Program-made: the position numbers and the translations under genes
Notes under the pieces: generated by a model
The model's database searches: none
Seen by the model: only the letters and a program-made list of their open reading frames with translations
Told to the model about the DNA's origin: nothing
DNA from: Phoronis australis
Lineage: Eukaryota > Animalia > Phoronida
DNA length: 64,000 nucleotides
Direction of reading: 5' to 3'
Assembly: GCA_002633005.1 (NCBI GenBank)
Contig: NMRA01000258.1
Span: 427,971 to 491,970 of the forward strand
Part shown: piece after piece, positions 28,801 through 40,800 of the stretch
How positions within the stretch are numbered: the stretch's first letter is position 1
Layout of the letters: each line of letters begins with the position of its first letter

Positions 28801-31800
28801 GGTATATACTGCTTTGTTAAGAAATAAGATCTCCAAAATTGAAGGTTTATTTGTGTTAATGTAGTACAATGCATAAAATGAAGTCCGTTGGATGGTCAAC
28901 CATTAAGCATCATTAAGACAATGACTAATTCTTGAAATGTTTTCAGGAGCACAGGTGCATCCCAGCCAGATATTTAAGAACGCCCTTGAAAGGTTCAGTC
29001 ATCGAGACCTTCCTATAACCATCATTACTAAAGAAGACAATGACGTAGCAAACTTTTTGCGTTATGGCAGAATGTTGCCATATGCAAGCATGTTATTTTA
29101 CAGTAAGTCGTGTTTTTTACCTTTTATTCGTGTAAATATTTCTATAATAATCGTACATTGGAGTAAGAAGCTGTTTGATAACGTAAACTTGACATATGGG
29201 GGAGGAGCCTGTCTATGACTGGGTTTAGCCTGTCTGTGAAGGGGTATAACTCATGCTACATCTATCTACAGCTTGGGTATTGCGTAATGGAAATAACAAC
29301 AAGTCCTCTCAGTCTTTCTTCTATGTGTACTCCAATAACAAACTACTCGCCAACTGCTTTTGGTGTGCCTCAAATCTGCTTCTAGGAAACAAATAAGTGG
29401 GTAAGATAAATGAAATTATCAGTATATTTAGCATCAGCACCTACAGCACAGCAATCTATGAAGAAGGTGTTAATCACACCAAAACAAGTTAATATAGACG
29501 CTGATGATGGCCAATAGTGAATCAAATACACTCCGAAAAATCAAGAACCCCAACTGAGAATCGGACCACAGATCTCTAGAATGCCGGCAATCTAGAGACC
29601 TGTGGTTCGATTCCCAGTTGGGTTCCTGATTTTTCGGTGTTTATTTGATTCAAAACAAGTCGGGTGACTGCGTACCATATTGTTGGAGTACACATGGTGA
29701 TCAGAATCAAAGGAGGTTACTTTCATTTCCACGAAACTTATCTGTGGACTCACAGCCTGATAAATAATGCTTAATTTCAAGTCATTTATTAATTTTTAGA
29801 AAACATTGCCTGGTCTGTGTTTAAAAAAAGTTTAAAAGTCATCCACTGGCTAAATGTAATTGTTGCATGGCACCAAAATATTGCTGAACACTGGTAACAT
29901 GAGATAGGACAGTGCTTTGTGACTGTGTTCACTGTATAACTTTTGTGTCACTAGGTCCCCAATTTTTATGCACCCACACAGATGAGACAGCATGAGCGAA
30001 CTTTCGGACGGATCCGACTACTGGTGTGCCCCCTAGTGGCAATTTTAGTTTTTACGCTTACCTCTATATCTTCAAAGGTCTTAAATGTACTTTCACAAGA
30101 TTTATCATATAGACATCTATTATTGAGATGATGTTATCCTCACGTTTTTGGTTGGATTCGACGTAGTTTACTCCATCTAGTGGCCATTTTTGCTGTTTTC
30201 GAGTCTGTTTTTGGCGTCCAAACCTTTCTAAGGATGATCCTGAAAATTGGCATGTATATTCTTACTGTGAAGGGGATGGCTGACGATGGTTTTCCGACGA
30301 CTTCGACCAATGTGGCGCCTCCTAGTGACAGCCCATGGCTGTATATCCTAAACCGTTTGCAGGATTTTTTGGCGTCCACCCCTCTATCAACCAAACCACT
30401 CTAAGGATGATTGTGAAAGTTGGTGTGTGTGTTCTCAGTGTGAAGAGGACAGTTGACGAAAACGAATTTGACTAGTGTGGTTCTTCCTAGTGGTACTTTT
30501 GTTTTGCGCCCATAGCTGCATCTCCTAAACACACTGCAGGATCTATATTAAGTTTAGTAATTGTATTGATATGAAGCTAACAACAGACAATGATGTCTTT
30601 CGGGCAGGTCCAATGAACGCTGTGCCCTATAGTGGCAATTTCATTTTTTTCAGTTTTCCTTTGTTTCTCTGAAGTTCATCAACAGATTTTAATGAAATTT
30701 CGTAAATTGCTTTCTAGTAAAGAAGCGATGGCATGTTCCCGTTTTCAGATGGATTGAACAATTTTGCACCATCTAGTGGATATTTTTATGAAATAAATAA
30801 ACAACCCTAGAAGCACATCGTTTGCCGTGCATTTCAACGCTCCGCATTGCTCTTGTTTTCTAGGCTGCTACGTTAATAACAAGACAGTGCACGTTGTTTG
30901 ATACACAATGTGACGATGAACGCTGATTTGATTTCTGGGCAACGATGTTACCTATTGTTTTAAATAAATAATAAATAATAATAAAATCGCTGATAATTAT
31001 TATTTACTACTGTGCCATTAATTCCATTCTTTGTGTTGAATGCTGGCTGCTTTGAGATCTTGAGCGAGATAGTTGAAAATTTTGCTATTAATATTGTTTT
31101 GTTTTCTTTAGGTGATGTGTTCTTGGCTAAAGCTGGCGGGGAAACTATTGAAATGGCGAAGGAACAGGTACAAGATGGAGCGTTGTTGAATTATAGAAAA
31201 TATATTGATGCTGAGGTTGTGGAAGTGGGTAGACAAGAGGACGTGGTGATATTGTTAATAATACATTATGTTTGATTTGCAATGATGGTCTTGTAGAGGA
31301 TGAATACCACTTCCTGTTGATTTGCAAGGGATATTGTGAACTCGGGTCACGCTTTATGAAAGAAGTTCAATGGAAGCACCCAACTCAAGAATCTTGTATA
31401 TGCCTGCTAGCTAATCTAGATATATCTGTTATTAAATATGTGTACTCTGCCCTTAAAAGAAGAGAACAACTCTCAAATGGGCCCGAGGCCTTTAATACAA
31501 ATAAATGTATGGTATTATACATCAAATAAACACAGAAAAATCAGGAAACCAAATGGGAATCTAACCATAGGTCTCTAGATTGCAATCGATTCCAGGCCCG
31601 GTCTCCAATCTTTTTACTCGAAATGGAACTCGAAATTAGGTTTGGCATTTTCTACTCTACTTTTGGGCGAACTCAAGATAAGTGTCTATTATTCTATGCT
31701 GGAGAACACAATAACTTACGTAGATAATTTATTGCCCTTAGTTCACAGTTTGTAAACCCAATGTTAAAGCAATAAGTTCGAGATTGAACTCGAAATTTCG

Positions 31801-34800
31801 AGTTTTTACTCGAGTTTGTAGCACGAATATAAGGGTCTTCAAGGGCAAACTTGAACTAGAAACTCCTATGCAGAAACTATAATGTATTCGAGCACAGTCT
31901 GATAACCAATTATCTTACGTTCGCACAAAAGGAGCAGAGAAATTGCCAAAAATAGTTTCGAGTTCATTTCGAGTACAAAGATTAGAGACCGGGCCCTGGT
32001 TTTTCTGTATTTGATTGAATTATAGTAGTTGTTTGGGGTAATTGAGGTAATGTGGTGTTACATTTTGGGGGATTTTCATTAGCTGTACACAGCTTCACAG
32101 ACATGATTCTCCTGGTTCATTGACAATTTAATTCTCCACCACTATTGACAAGTTGTTTAACAAAAACATGTTTTGCCTGTGCCATCCTAAATAATGATTG
32201 ATTGAACATATTGCCTTCTATTTTGAGGACTATTACTGTTACATATTTTCTTTATTATTGTAAGTTATAGTTTCTAGCGTCAACACGGCTCCTTAATGGT
32301 CAACCATTTTGTTTTCAGTAGTTGCTAGTCTTCGAGGGTTGGAATTTTCCTCTTTTATGCGGATTAACTCTTTTTTGGTTTCAATTTCCTGACATTTGAT
32401 TTCCAGTTCCTTTTTTATGCGCCCACATATTTATATGTGGTCGCATATTGCCGTCATCTCTGTCCGGGCATCCGGCGTCTGCAGCTTTATCTCCTAAACC
32501 CCTTGTATGATCTTGATGAGATTTGGCAGACATGTTCCTATAAAACTAGTGACAGATGACGACAAATTTCGGACCTCTCCAACTACCGGTGTGCCCCCTA
32601 GTGGCAATTTTAATTTTTTACACTTACCTCTGTATCTTTGGAGGTCACCAGTGTGCCCCTATTGTGGCAATTTTAGTTTTTAACGTTTACCTCTCTATAA
32701 TCAAAGGTCCTCAAGGGATTTTTATAAAATTTGGAATATAGACATCTATTGCTGAGGTGACGCTATCCTGCCATTTTCGGATGGATTCGGGGTATTTTGT
32801 GCCACCTAGTGGCTATTTTTACTGTGTTCGAGTCTGTTTTTTATCGTCCACCTTTCTATCAACTGAACCATTCTAAGGAACCGATGATTTTGAAAATTGG
32901 CGTATATGTTCTCAGTGTGTTGAGGATGGTTGACGAAGATGACTTGGAATATTGTGGCGCCTCCTAGTGGTTGTTTTGTTTTGCGCCCATACCTGTATCT
33001 CCTAAACACACCGTAGGGTCTTTGTTGAACTTATTAAGTGTATTTATATGAAGCTAACAATAGACAACGACTTTCAGGCGGACGCTGTGCCCTCTAGTGA
33101 TAATTTCATTTTTTCCGTTTTCCTTTGTTTCTCTGAAGTCCTTGACAGATTTTTATGAAATTTAGTAAAAGGCTTTCTATTGAAGATGCGATGACATGTT
33201 CCATTTTTAGATGGATTGGACGCTTTGCACCATCTAGTGGCCATTTTTGTGATATAAATAAATAACTCTAGAAGCACACCATTTGCGGTTCATTCGTGGG
33301 CGCATTGTTGTCTCTTTTTATCATTATTTTGACTTTATTCATGCAAAAACAGTTAAATTTATACAACACAAAAATATCTATCACTCAAACCTATTTATTT
33401 GTGGAAAGATACATTACCTGGAAAATTTTCCTCTCTTTTGTAATTGGTCATTCCAAAGCCCGAGTCTTTTGTCTGAAGACTGTCCGATGTTAGGTCACTG
33501 ACTTGATTTAATTGTTGTTTGACTAGGTTTTGGAGGTCACCTGCAACCGCCTAATCAGTATTCTTCCATCCGTCTTGCTCGAAGAAGCTGAAGCCGAGGA
33601 CAACCAATTCCCTATTGAGCCAACAGAGGGAGAGGTCAGACGAGAGGTCATAGAGCCACCTGTCAAAGCAATGTCCAGTACAGTACCAGTCACACTCCAA
33701 TCAAGGCAGCGACAACAGCCTTTGAGCGGAGCCACTGGGCAGGTCCAAACTAAGGACACCAGTCAATCAAGAAGACACTGGGTGGATGCAGTACAACCTG
33801 GGGAAAGATGGTTGAAAGACAGTGGTGGCCCAAGGCCTGCTAAAGAGAGGTGGGCCGTAATGTGAAAGATTGTTGTTTTGAACTCATATCAAATAAAGAA
33901 TCTTGATTTCATTTCATTTTGAGAGATTTTCATGAAAGTTGAGCTCCAGTTATAGTTTGTCCAATTGAACAATGGATCTGCAAATCTGATATGTAGAATC
34001 CAACAAAGCAGTTTTCTTAGCAGCCAAGTCTGTAATAGTGTTTACTTGAGCTATGACAAACAATGCACATGATCTCACCTCTGTTGTCTGCAGGAAGCAC
34101 AGCGTGTACAAGGACAGTCGATACATGAATGAAGACGACTACGTACCCCCTAAAGTGCTGCCATCACTGTTCCAGTAAGTTCATGTCTGAAGTGCGGGAA
34201 CTCCGAACAATACTTTACAAATTTGAGTTGTTTTGGGGGGTGACATCGGATCATATGGACTGACGGAGAGCAATGCTGCATGAGCCTCGAGAAAAAGACT
34301 GCTTGCTCTCCCGAGGTCCATATGATCTGATGCCCCAGAGGGATCTGTCTACATTCGTTTCATTACATGATAACTGATGCATCTTTTATTCTCGATTCTT
34401 TTCGTCTCTTGCCAGATAAGCTTGTTATTGCCCTTGCGTTTGGCTGTGAATGGGTAACTTGCTGAAAGCCATACTTGGCAGTTAAAGAGTTGAAGTTGGT
34501 TGATTTTTGAACTTGGCCAGTCAATGATAGTTTAAAAACCATAGTTCTTTATGTTGGCAACTAAATGACTACTAACGTAGGAATGGAAATCCTTTTGGTA
34601 GGTTCTAGTGATGATGGAGACTTACTATAGCATTGTCTGTTGCTCTGATGTCTCCATGCCCTCAAACTGCTCAGATGGGAGGGACATTTTTTTTTCGTTA
34701 GCGCCACCTAGTGAATATTGAGTCATCCAATTCTTCCACTTTTGTTGTATATATCACAATGGTTTTATGTTCTTTTATTTCTTGTAGTCTGAATCCACCT

Positions 34801-37800
34801 GTGCCTAAAGACGCAGAAGAGGTTAGTTAAATACAGAGTTCCTTAGATGTTTTACATTGCACTGAAGTCGGTCGCAAATCATCCTTAGACAAACTCAAGA
34901 TGATCTCAGGGCTTTGAAAGAGCTGACGGCGTTATATTACTGGAGATCAGGCTCTACAAATTGGCTTGTCACGACATGTCATTTTATGCGCGGAGCATGG
35001 TCTCAAGGAATAAGCAGCTGTTATTTCTTCGCAAGCCCAACGATCACTTTTAATCAGAGTACGTAACAAATTGAGACCAATGTCATAGCATTCAGTGGTC
35101 AAAATCAAAAGTTTGCCTTTTTAGTGGTTTATTGCCACTTTTAAGTGATCGAGTCTATGTCGAGCCTGAGTAAAGCAACCAATGATATTTTATAAATTGA
35201 ACAGCTACGCTGACTCCTGAATATACGTGTAAATGTATTTTGTTCTGAAAATGTAATAAGTTTGCTTAAGCTGGCCTATAGTGAATCAAATAAACACAGA
35301 GAATCAGGAACCCCAACTGGGAATCGTGGTTAGAGCAGTAGATTGGCAATCTAGAGACCTGCGGTTCGATGCCGAGTTAGGGTTGCTGATTTTTCTGTGT
35401 TTATTTGGTTCTGAAAATGTCATCTGCTGACCAGATGCCCGGGCTGATACAGAAAAAATTCACATTACATGTGGCCACTGGTGTGTTGATTGTTTCCACA
35501 GTATGTGCCACCCTCCAAGAGGCAGCGGGAGTTCAAGAAAGATGATTTCAAGGTGCACACTATTATGACAACAGAGGGAGAGACTCTTGCCGAGAGGCTG
35601 GAGAAACTTCGTCGGGCCATCAAGAAGTCAGAGAAGACGGAGGCAAGGGAGATAATCACTCATGCTGTGAAGGAGACCAAAGACGTCAATACGAGTGCTG
35701 TGGTTGTAACGTGTGAAGAGAATGATGTTGAGTGTTTCATGAAGGAAGGTGTTATGAATCCGTACACATCGTACTTTTATGTTGGTGAGTTGGTTACCAC
35801 TTCTAACAGAGGATATATTTTGGTACTTGAAAGTTGGATAATTAAAATTCCGAGGTAATAGACACTTCTTGAAATACCAAAGCACCCTCTATGGTTCCGC
35901 GCTCTTCACCTGTCTGATTCAGCTCAGAAATTTTAATGGGTTAAGTTTTTGAAACATAGGATATGGTGTTGCTTTTTTCTACCTTCATAAAGAGGAGCAA
36001 TTTGGTGTGTTGGAATCGGTGGATGCATTATGTGGTGTAGTATTTCAACCATGGTGTGTCTTCCTACTTGTAGCTGCATAATTCAACACTGCACGTATAT
36101 CAAACTGGCATTGTTGCTCTATGTCAATTTATGCCTTTGTCAAAATGCCATGAATTTTCAACCGCTTACTTTCATACATGAGTAACACTATTGTGAAATC
36201 ATTTATACATTCATTAGATAGCACTTATGCACACGTGTGCATGCGTATGTTATTTACAACAAATCGTAAAAATGGATGATTGGGAGTGTGGGAAGATTTC
36301 TGTTGTAAACGGCGTAAATTGTACAGAGCATTCGATGTGGTAACTGAAAATTCATACTATAAATGTTGGTGATAGAAGTGTTGTGAACAAACAGTATGTT
36401 TTTTACCAGTAAAATTTACCTCGTTACTTAAAACAAGGAAGAGGAGGCAGTGTAGCCTAGTGTGATAGGTGCCCGCCTTCTCTAGTCGAGGTCGTGGGTT
36501 TGGGTCCTACTGGGCCACACTGCTAGAACCTTGAGTCAGGTTTCTAGCTCCTCAGTTCGGTTTTAACTATATATTAATAAAGCACAGAAATGGTTCCAGG
36601 TGATCAGTGCAATGGGCCCACATGCGCGGACTGCGTGCACCAGACCGCCTGTAATTATTTTGTATATAAAACAGGCAAATGAGTAATTGAGTTGGCCTGA
36701 CCTGGACATTGTCACTGTGATGACTCAATTCTTGCTAGATACATCTCATGTTAGGATGAAAAATCATCACCACAACGCAAGTGCTGGGTTCATGAAACAG
36801 GTCACTGAGTGCCCTCTAGTGACCAAACTGAGAGAAGTGAAATACTCTATATGCAGGTTAAGTGTTCCGCATGAGGAAGATAGTGCTTGTTGGTGTTGGC
36901 TTATGTAGGAAATGTTCATTAAGCTTTTTTTATGGTCTGTGTGTTCAGAGAACCGGCGCATCATGAAGGCTAGTGGCCAAACTGTGCCGGAAGCTATTGA
37001 CAAGGTGTTCCAGGCTACCATGGATCACTTTAAGAAATACAAGGCAGCCACTATACTGGACTGGACGAACTCTGACGACAGTTTGCCCGTTGAACCGCTC
37101 AACAGTGAGGTTGACCGCATTAATATTGCTTCTCCTCTCAGTAAGTAGATGCCATTACTGACCTGTAGATAGCAATACAGGCCTTAAAATACTATCACAG
37201 ACCTGCAGATACTATCACAGACCTGTAGACACTATCACAGACCTGTAGACACTATCACAGACCTGTAGATACTATAATTGAGCTGTAGCTGCTCTTGCTG
37301 ACGTGCAGATATTGTCACTGACTCGTGGACATTTTCACTGACCTGCATGTTGTGACTTTGGTTTGGGACTAGAGACCAGTCTTTTGGATTTGAGACAAAG
37401 ATGGTATTCCAGATATTTCATAGTTACTAAGTACAGTGAATGTAAACAACTGAAGCTGGGCTGTGTTCTGGAGACAATTTTAGCTCGTAATTCAATGTCA
37501 CTGATCAATCAATTTAGTGGTCACCATTTTGCCAAGCATACTCGCGAATCACTTGCCTTATGCTCAGGTGATTTTTGCACGGTCTTGTGTGGTCTTGCTT
37601 TTTCGCGATGATGAAACTCGCTCCTGGTGTCTGCCAATTTTTAATGCCATCTGGTCTGTGTTCGCAGAATTAGTGTTCATGCCATCTGGTGTTTGCAGTG
37701 TTCACAGAACAATTATTGTTTCCTATGGGACAGATGGCATTATTCTTTTCGGAGTATAAAGTGGCAGCTTGTGAATTCAGACTTACTGTGTGTATTGCCT

Positions 37801-40800
37801 CTTGCAAGCAAATGTATAACCACATCTGTGTATATTGATGTATTGTACTGATGGTAAAAAGAGTGTGCTTAGCCACAGCTCGACATGACATAGACTGTCA
37901 CACAAAAAGTAAGAATGGACAAAGTGCAGATGCACCAACTGAGCGAAAGAATGCTGGTAGGAGGTGGCACATTGTGTTAAATCTTCAGTAGTAACATCTT
38001 TCTTTTAGTTCTTCCCAAATCCAGAAATCACTTTTAGTAAGTTTAACCTGAGATGACTTTTCTAGTTCTATATCTTACAATGTACCCTGCAGCTCACATG
38101 TCATTCTCTTGTAGGCTTGACACGAGAGAAGCTCAGCAACTTGCTGAACTGCCTTAAAGAGAATCCTCCCAGTGATTCTATGCTGAGCGCTGCTATACTC
38201 AATGGCCTATGCAGGTCAGATGACATAGATATCGTCGTCACTGTTATCATATGTGCAGAGGGCCCACACAATAGACGGATACACACCTCTTATCTCTACC
38301 TTGGTGACTTCTTCCTGGCAAAAGGTTGTGATCCAAAGAAACAAGGGTCCAAGAATATGGTATGTTGTCTCTGGTGTTAGCTACAGTATATGCCAAAAAA
38401 TTCCCTGACACAACGGCTGGCCGACAACAGGATTCCCTGATATGATGGCTGACTGTAGGTTGCATTCACCACCACAGTAGTTGGAATGACTGGTCATTAT
38501 GGCTGTGTGAAGGTGTCATTCACCACCACGGTAGCTGGTATGACTAGTCATTGTAGCTGTGTGAAGGTGTCATTCACCACCATGGTAGCTGGTATGACTA
38601 GTCATTATAGCTGTGTGAAGGTGTCATTCACCACCACGGTAGCTGGTATGACTAGTCATTGTAGCTGTGTGAAGGTGTCATTCACCACCATGGTAGCTGG
38701 GATGACTGGTCATTATGGCTGTGTGCAGGTGACATTTACTACCACAATAGCTTGCAAAAGTCAGAGTAGCTAAAGTGATGAATATTGAAGAGACAGTACC
38801 CAACGTGATGGTGAAGCAGAATCTTGGTTACTTTTGGTGTGTTTTGCAAGTGAGTGGTGTTGACCGTCTTCAGCAGATGTAGTCCTATATGAGTCTGAAA
38901 AGATTACTGCTTAAACCGGGACTTGAATCCGGGATCTTCTGTTTATCGTGTAGAAATCTTTTCAGGCTTTTATTCATTAGGTCTCGTGATGTGGCCACAG
39001 GTGGCATTCTGTTTAGACTTAGAAATGTTTGCGATATACATTAATTTTCCACGACAGTTTAAGAATGCATTTTATACACACTCAGTCTGATTGGATAATC
39101 TGTGGACTGAAGAGTCTGCACAGTTAGCAGAAGCTCCCGGGTTTGAGTCCCATCGGGGCAGAAATCTTGTCAAGCTTATATTCATTAGGTCACGTGATGT
39201 GACCACAGGTGGCGTGCAGACCAGACTTAAAAATGTTTGCGAGATACAGTCCTAGTGTTACCATACTTTGTGCTTAATTTTATTTGTGGTTAAATTAGGG
39301 TTATCTTGTTCACATTGAACCATGGGTTATGTTAATCAATATGTTAATCAATATGCTAATGAATGCTAATGTTGGATTATATGTAAGGGATTATATGTAA
39401 GAAATCATACATTACTTTTCAAAATAAGTTAGCAAAAATGAACAAATTACGTAACATTTAAATTTCTGAAACTCTTGTCCTAAAGCTTAAGTATTCCTTG
39501 CGTATGTGATTGAATTAATGGTTAGTGCTAAGTTTGGACAAAGATTAAGATATCCCATAAATTACTGCATATAGGCTGAAAGCGGAATTAAACCCAGGTT
39601 TTCTGTATAAAAAGTTCTTGTTTAGGTATCTTACTCTTATAAAATTGTTCTTGTCTTATTCGTTGCTCAGTTTAGAAGTGATTTCTGGGATTAGGAAGGA
39701 CTGTAACTTCTTTCCGAGCTCAGAGATCACACATATAATGACTAAGGAAAAGATTTGAGACTGTTTCATAACAGTAAATGGACTAAGCTGGCAGTAAGCA
39801 CTGGTTTAATGCCGCTTTTAGTGCAAAATAATGCATTTTCTGGGTTAAGTTAGCAATATAAGCCAGTGGACTCGTAATCTGATGTAAGGAACGTGCCCTT
39901 TCTTTGGACCATGTTCATCCATATTGTTACTGAAGCTTGTCTGTCCAACAGTATTTTGAGAGGCTTCGAGCAAACGTGGCATTAATAAAACTAAACAGTT
40001 CAATGTCAGATGTTTTCCTTGTGTGTCACCTGCTGTTGTCAATGATCGTTTCCGTTTGAAGGCCTATCAAGCTGCAGTCAAACGACTGATGACGTCATCG
40101 CTAGAGGACATCCTGGCTGAAGAGGGGCGAATGCCACGCCTTCCCCTGCCGGATGAAGTGCAACGCTGGACCGCCCAGACTAAGAAAGAAAAGGAGTCTG
40201 GTAAACCTGACTCGTTCTCGAACAAAGGTACATGCAGTTCTTGTCTGAAGTATTCCTACAAAACACTGTTTCTTCATCATCATGTTAGTCCACATGTGAT
40301 GGAATTTGAATTAGGTTGTTTACTCTCTTAAAATTGGTTCTCGTAATATTCCTTACTGTGATAGAACTCCATTTCCATTACCAATAAGAACGTCACAACC
40401 ATCAGAGAGAGAGTCAAGAAAATGTTTCAGAGTTTATTGAGGTTGGTCAATGACAACCCTAAAATTACGATCTCGAAAGTGGCGCATGTACGCATTGCTT
40501 ACCACTTGAGTTGGTAACAGAAATAGAGTTCTATCTTGGTAAGGAGTATTATTAGTATTATTATGGCAGGAGACCAACTTTATGAGAGTAAAAGGCCTGA
40601 TTTGATTTTCGTGTTTTAGCCATCTAAACAGGTTGAAAAGCCGCTTTAAATTAATTCTGGCAAAATTTTAACAAATAGATTTAATTTCTGCCCTTTTAAC
40701 TTCTTCATAAATTCCCAGTGACAAGCATCTACTATCATAGTGAACAGCCGATTTCAGTGTTTCTTGACTGAGCAGGAAAAGTGAGGCAAAATTATTTTCT

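Noticed and set aside
38486-38773. 95-aa ORF with 18-aa Cys repeats
   Set aside because: It is the translation of an intronic 54-bp tandem repeat; exons 19 and 20 join in phase without it.
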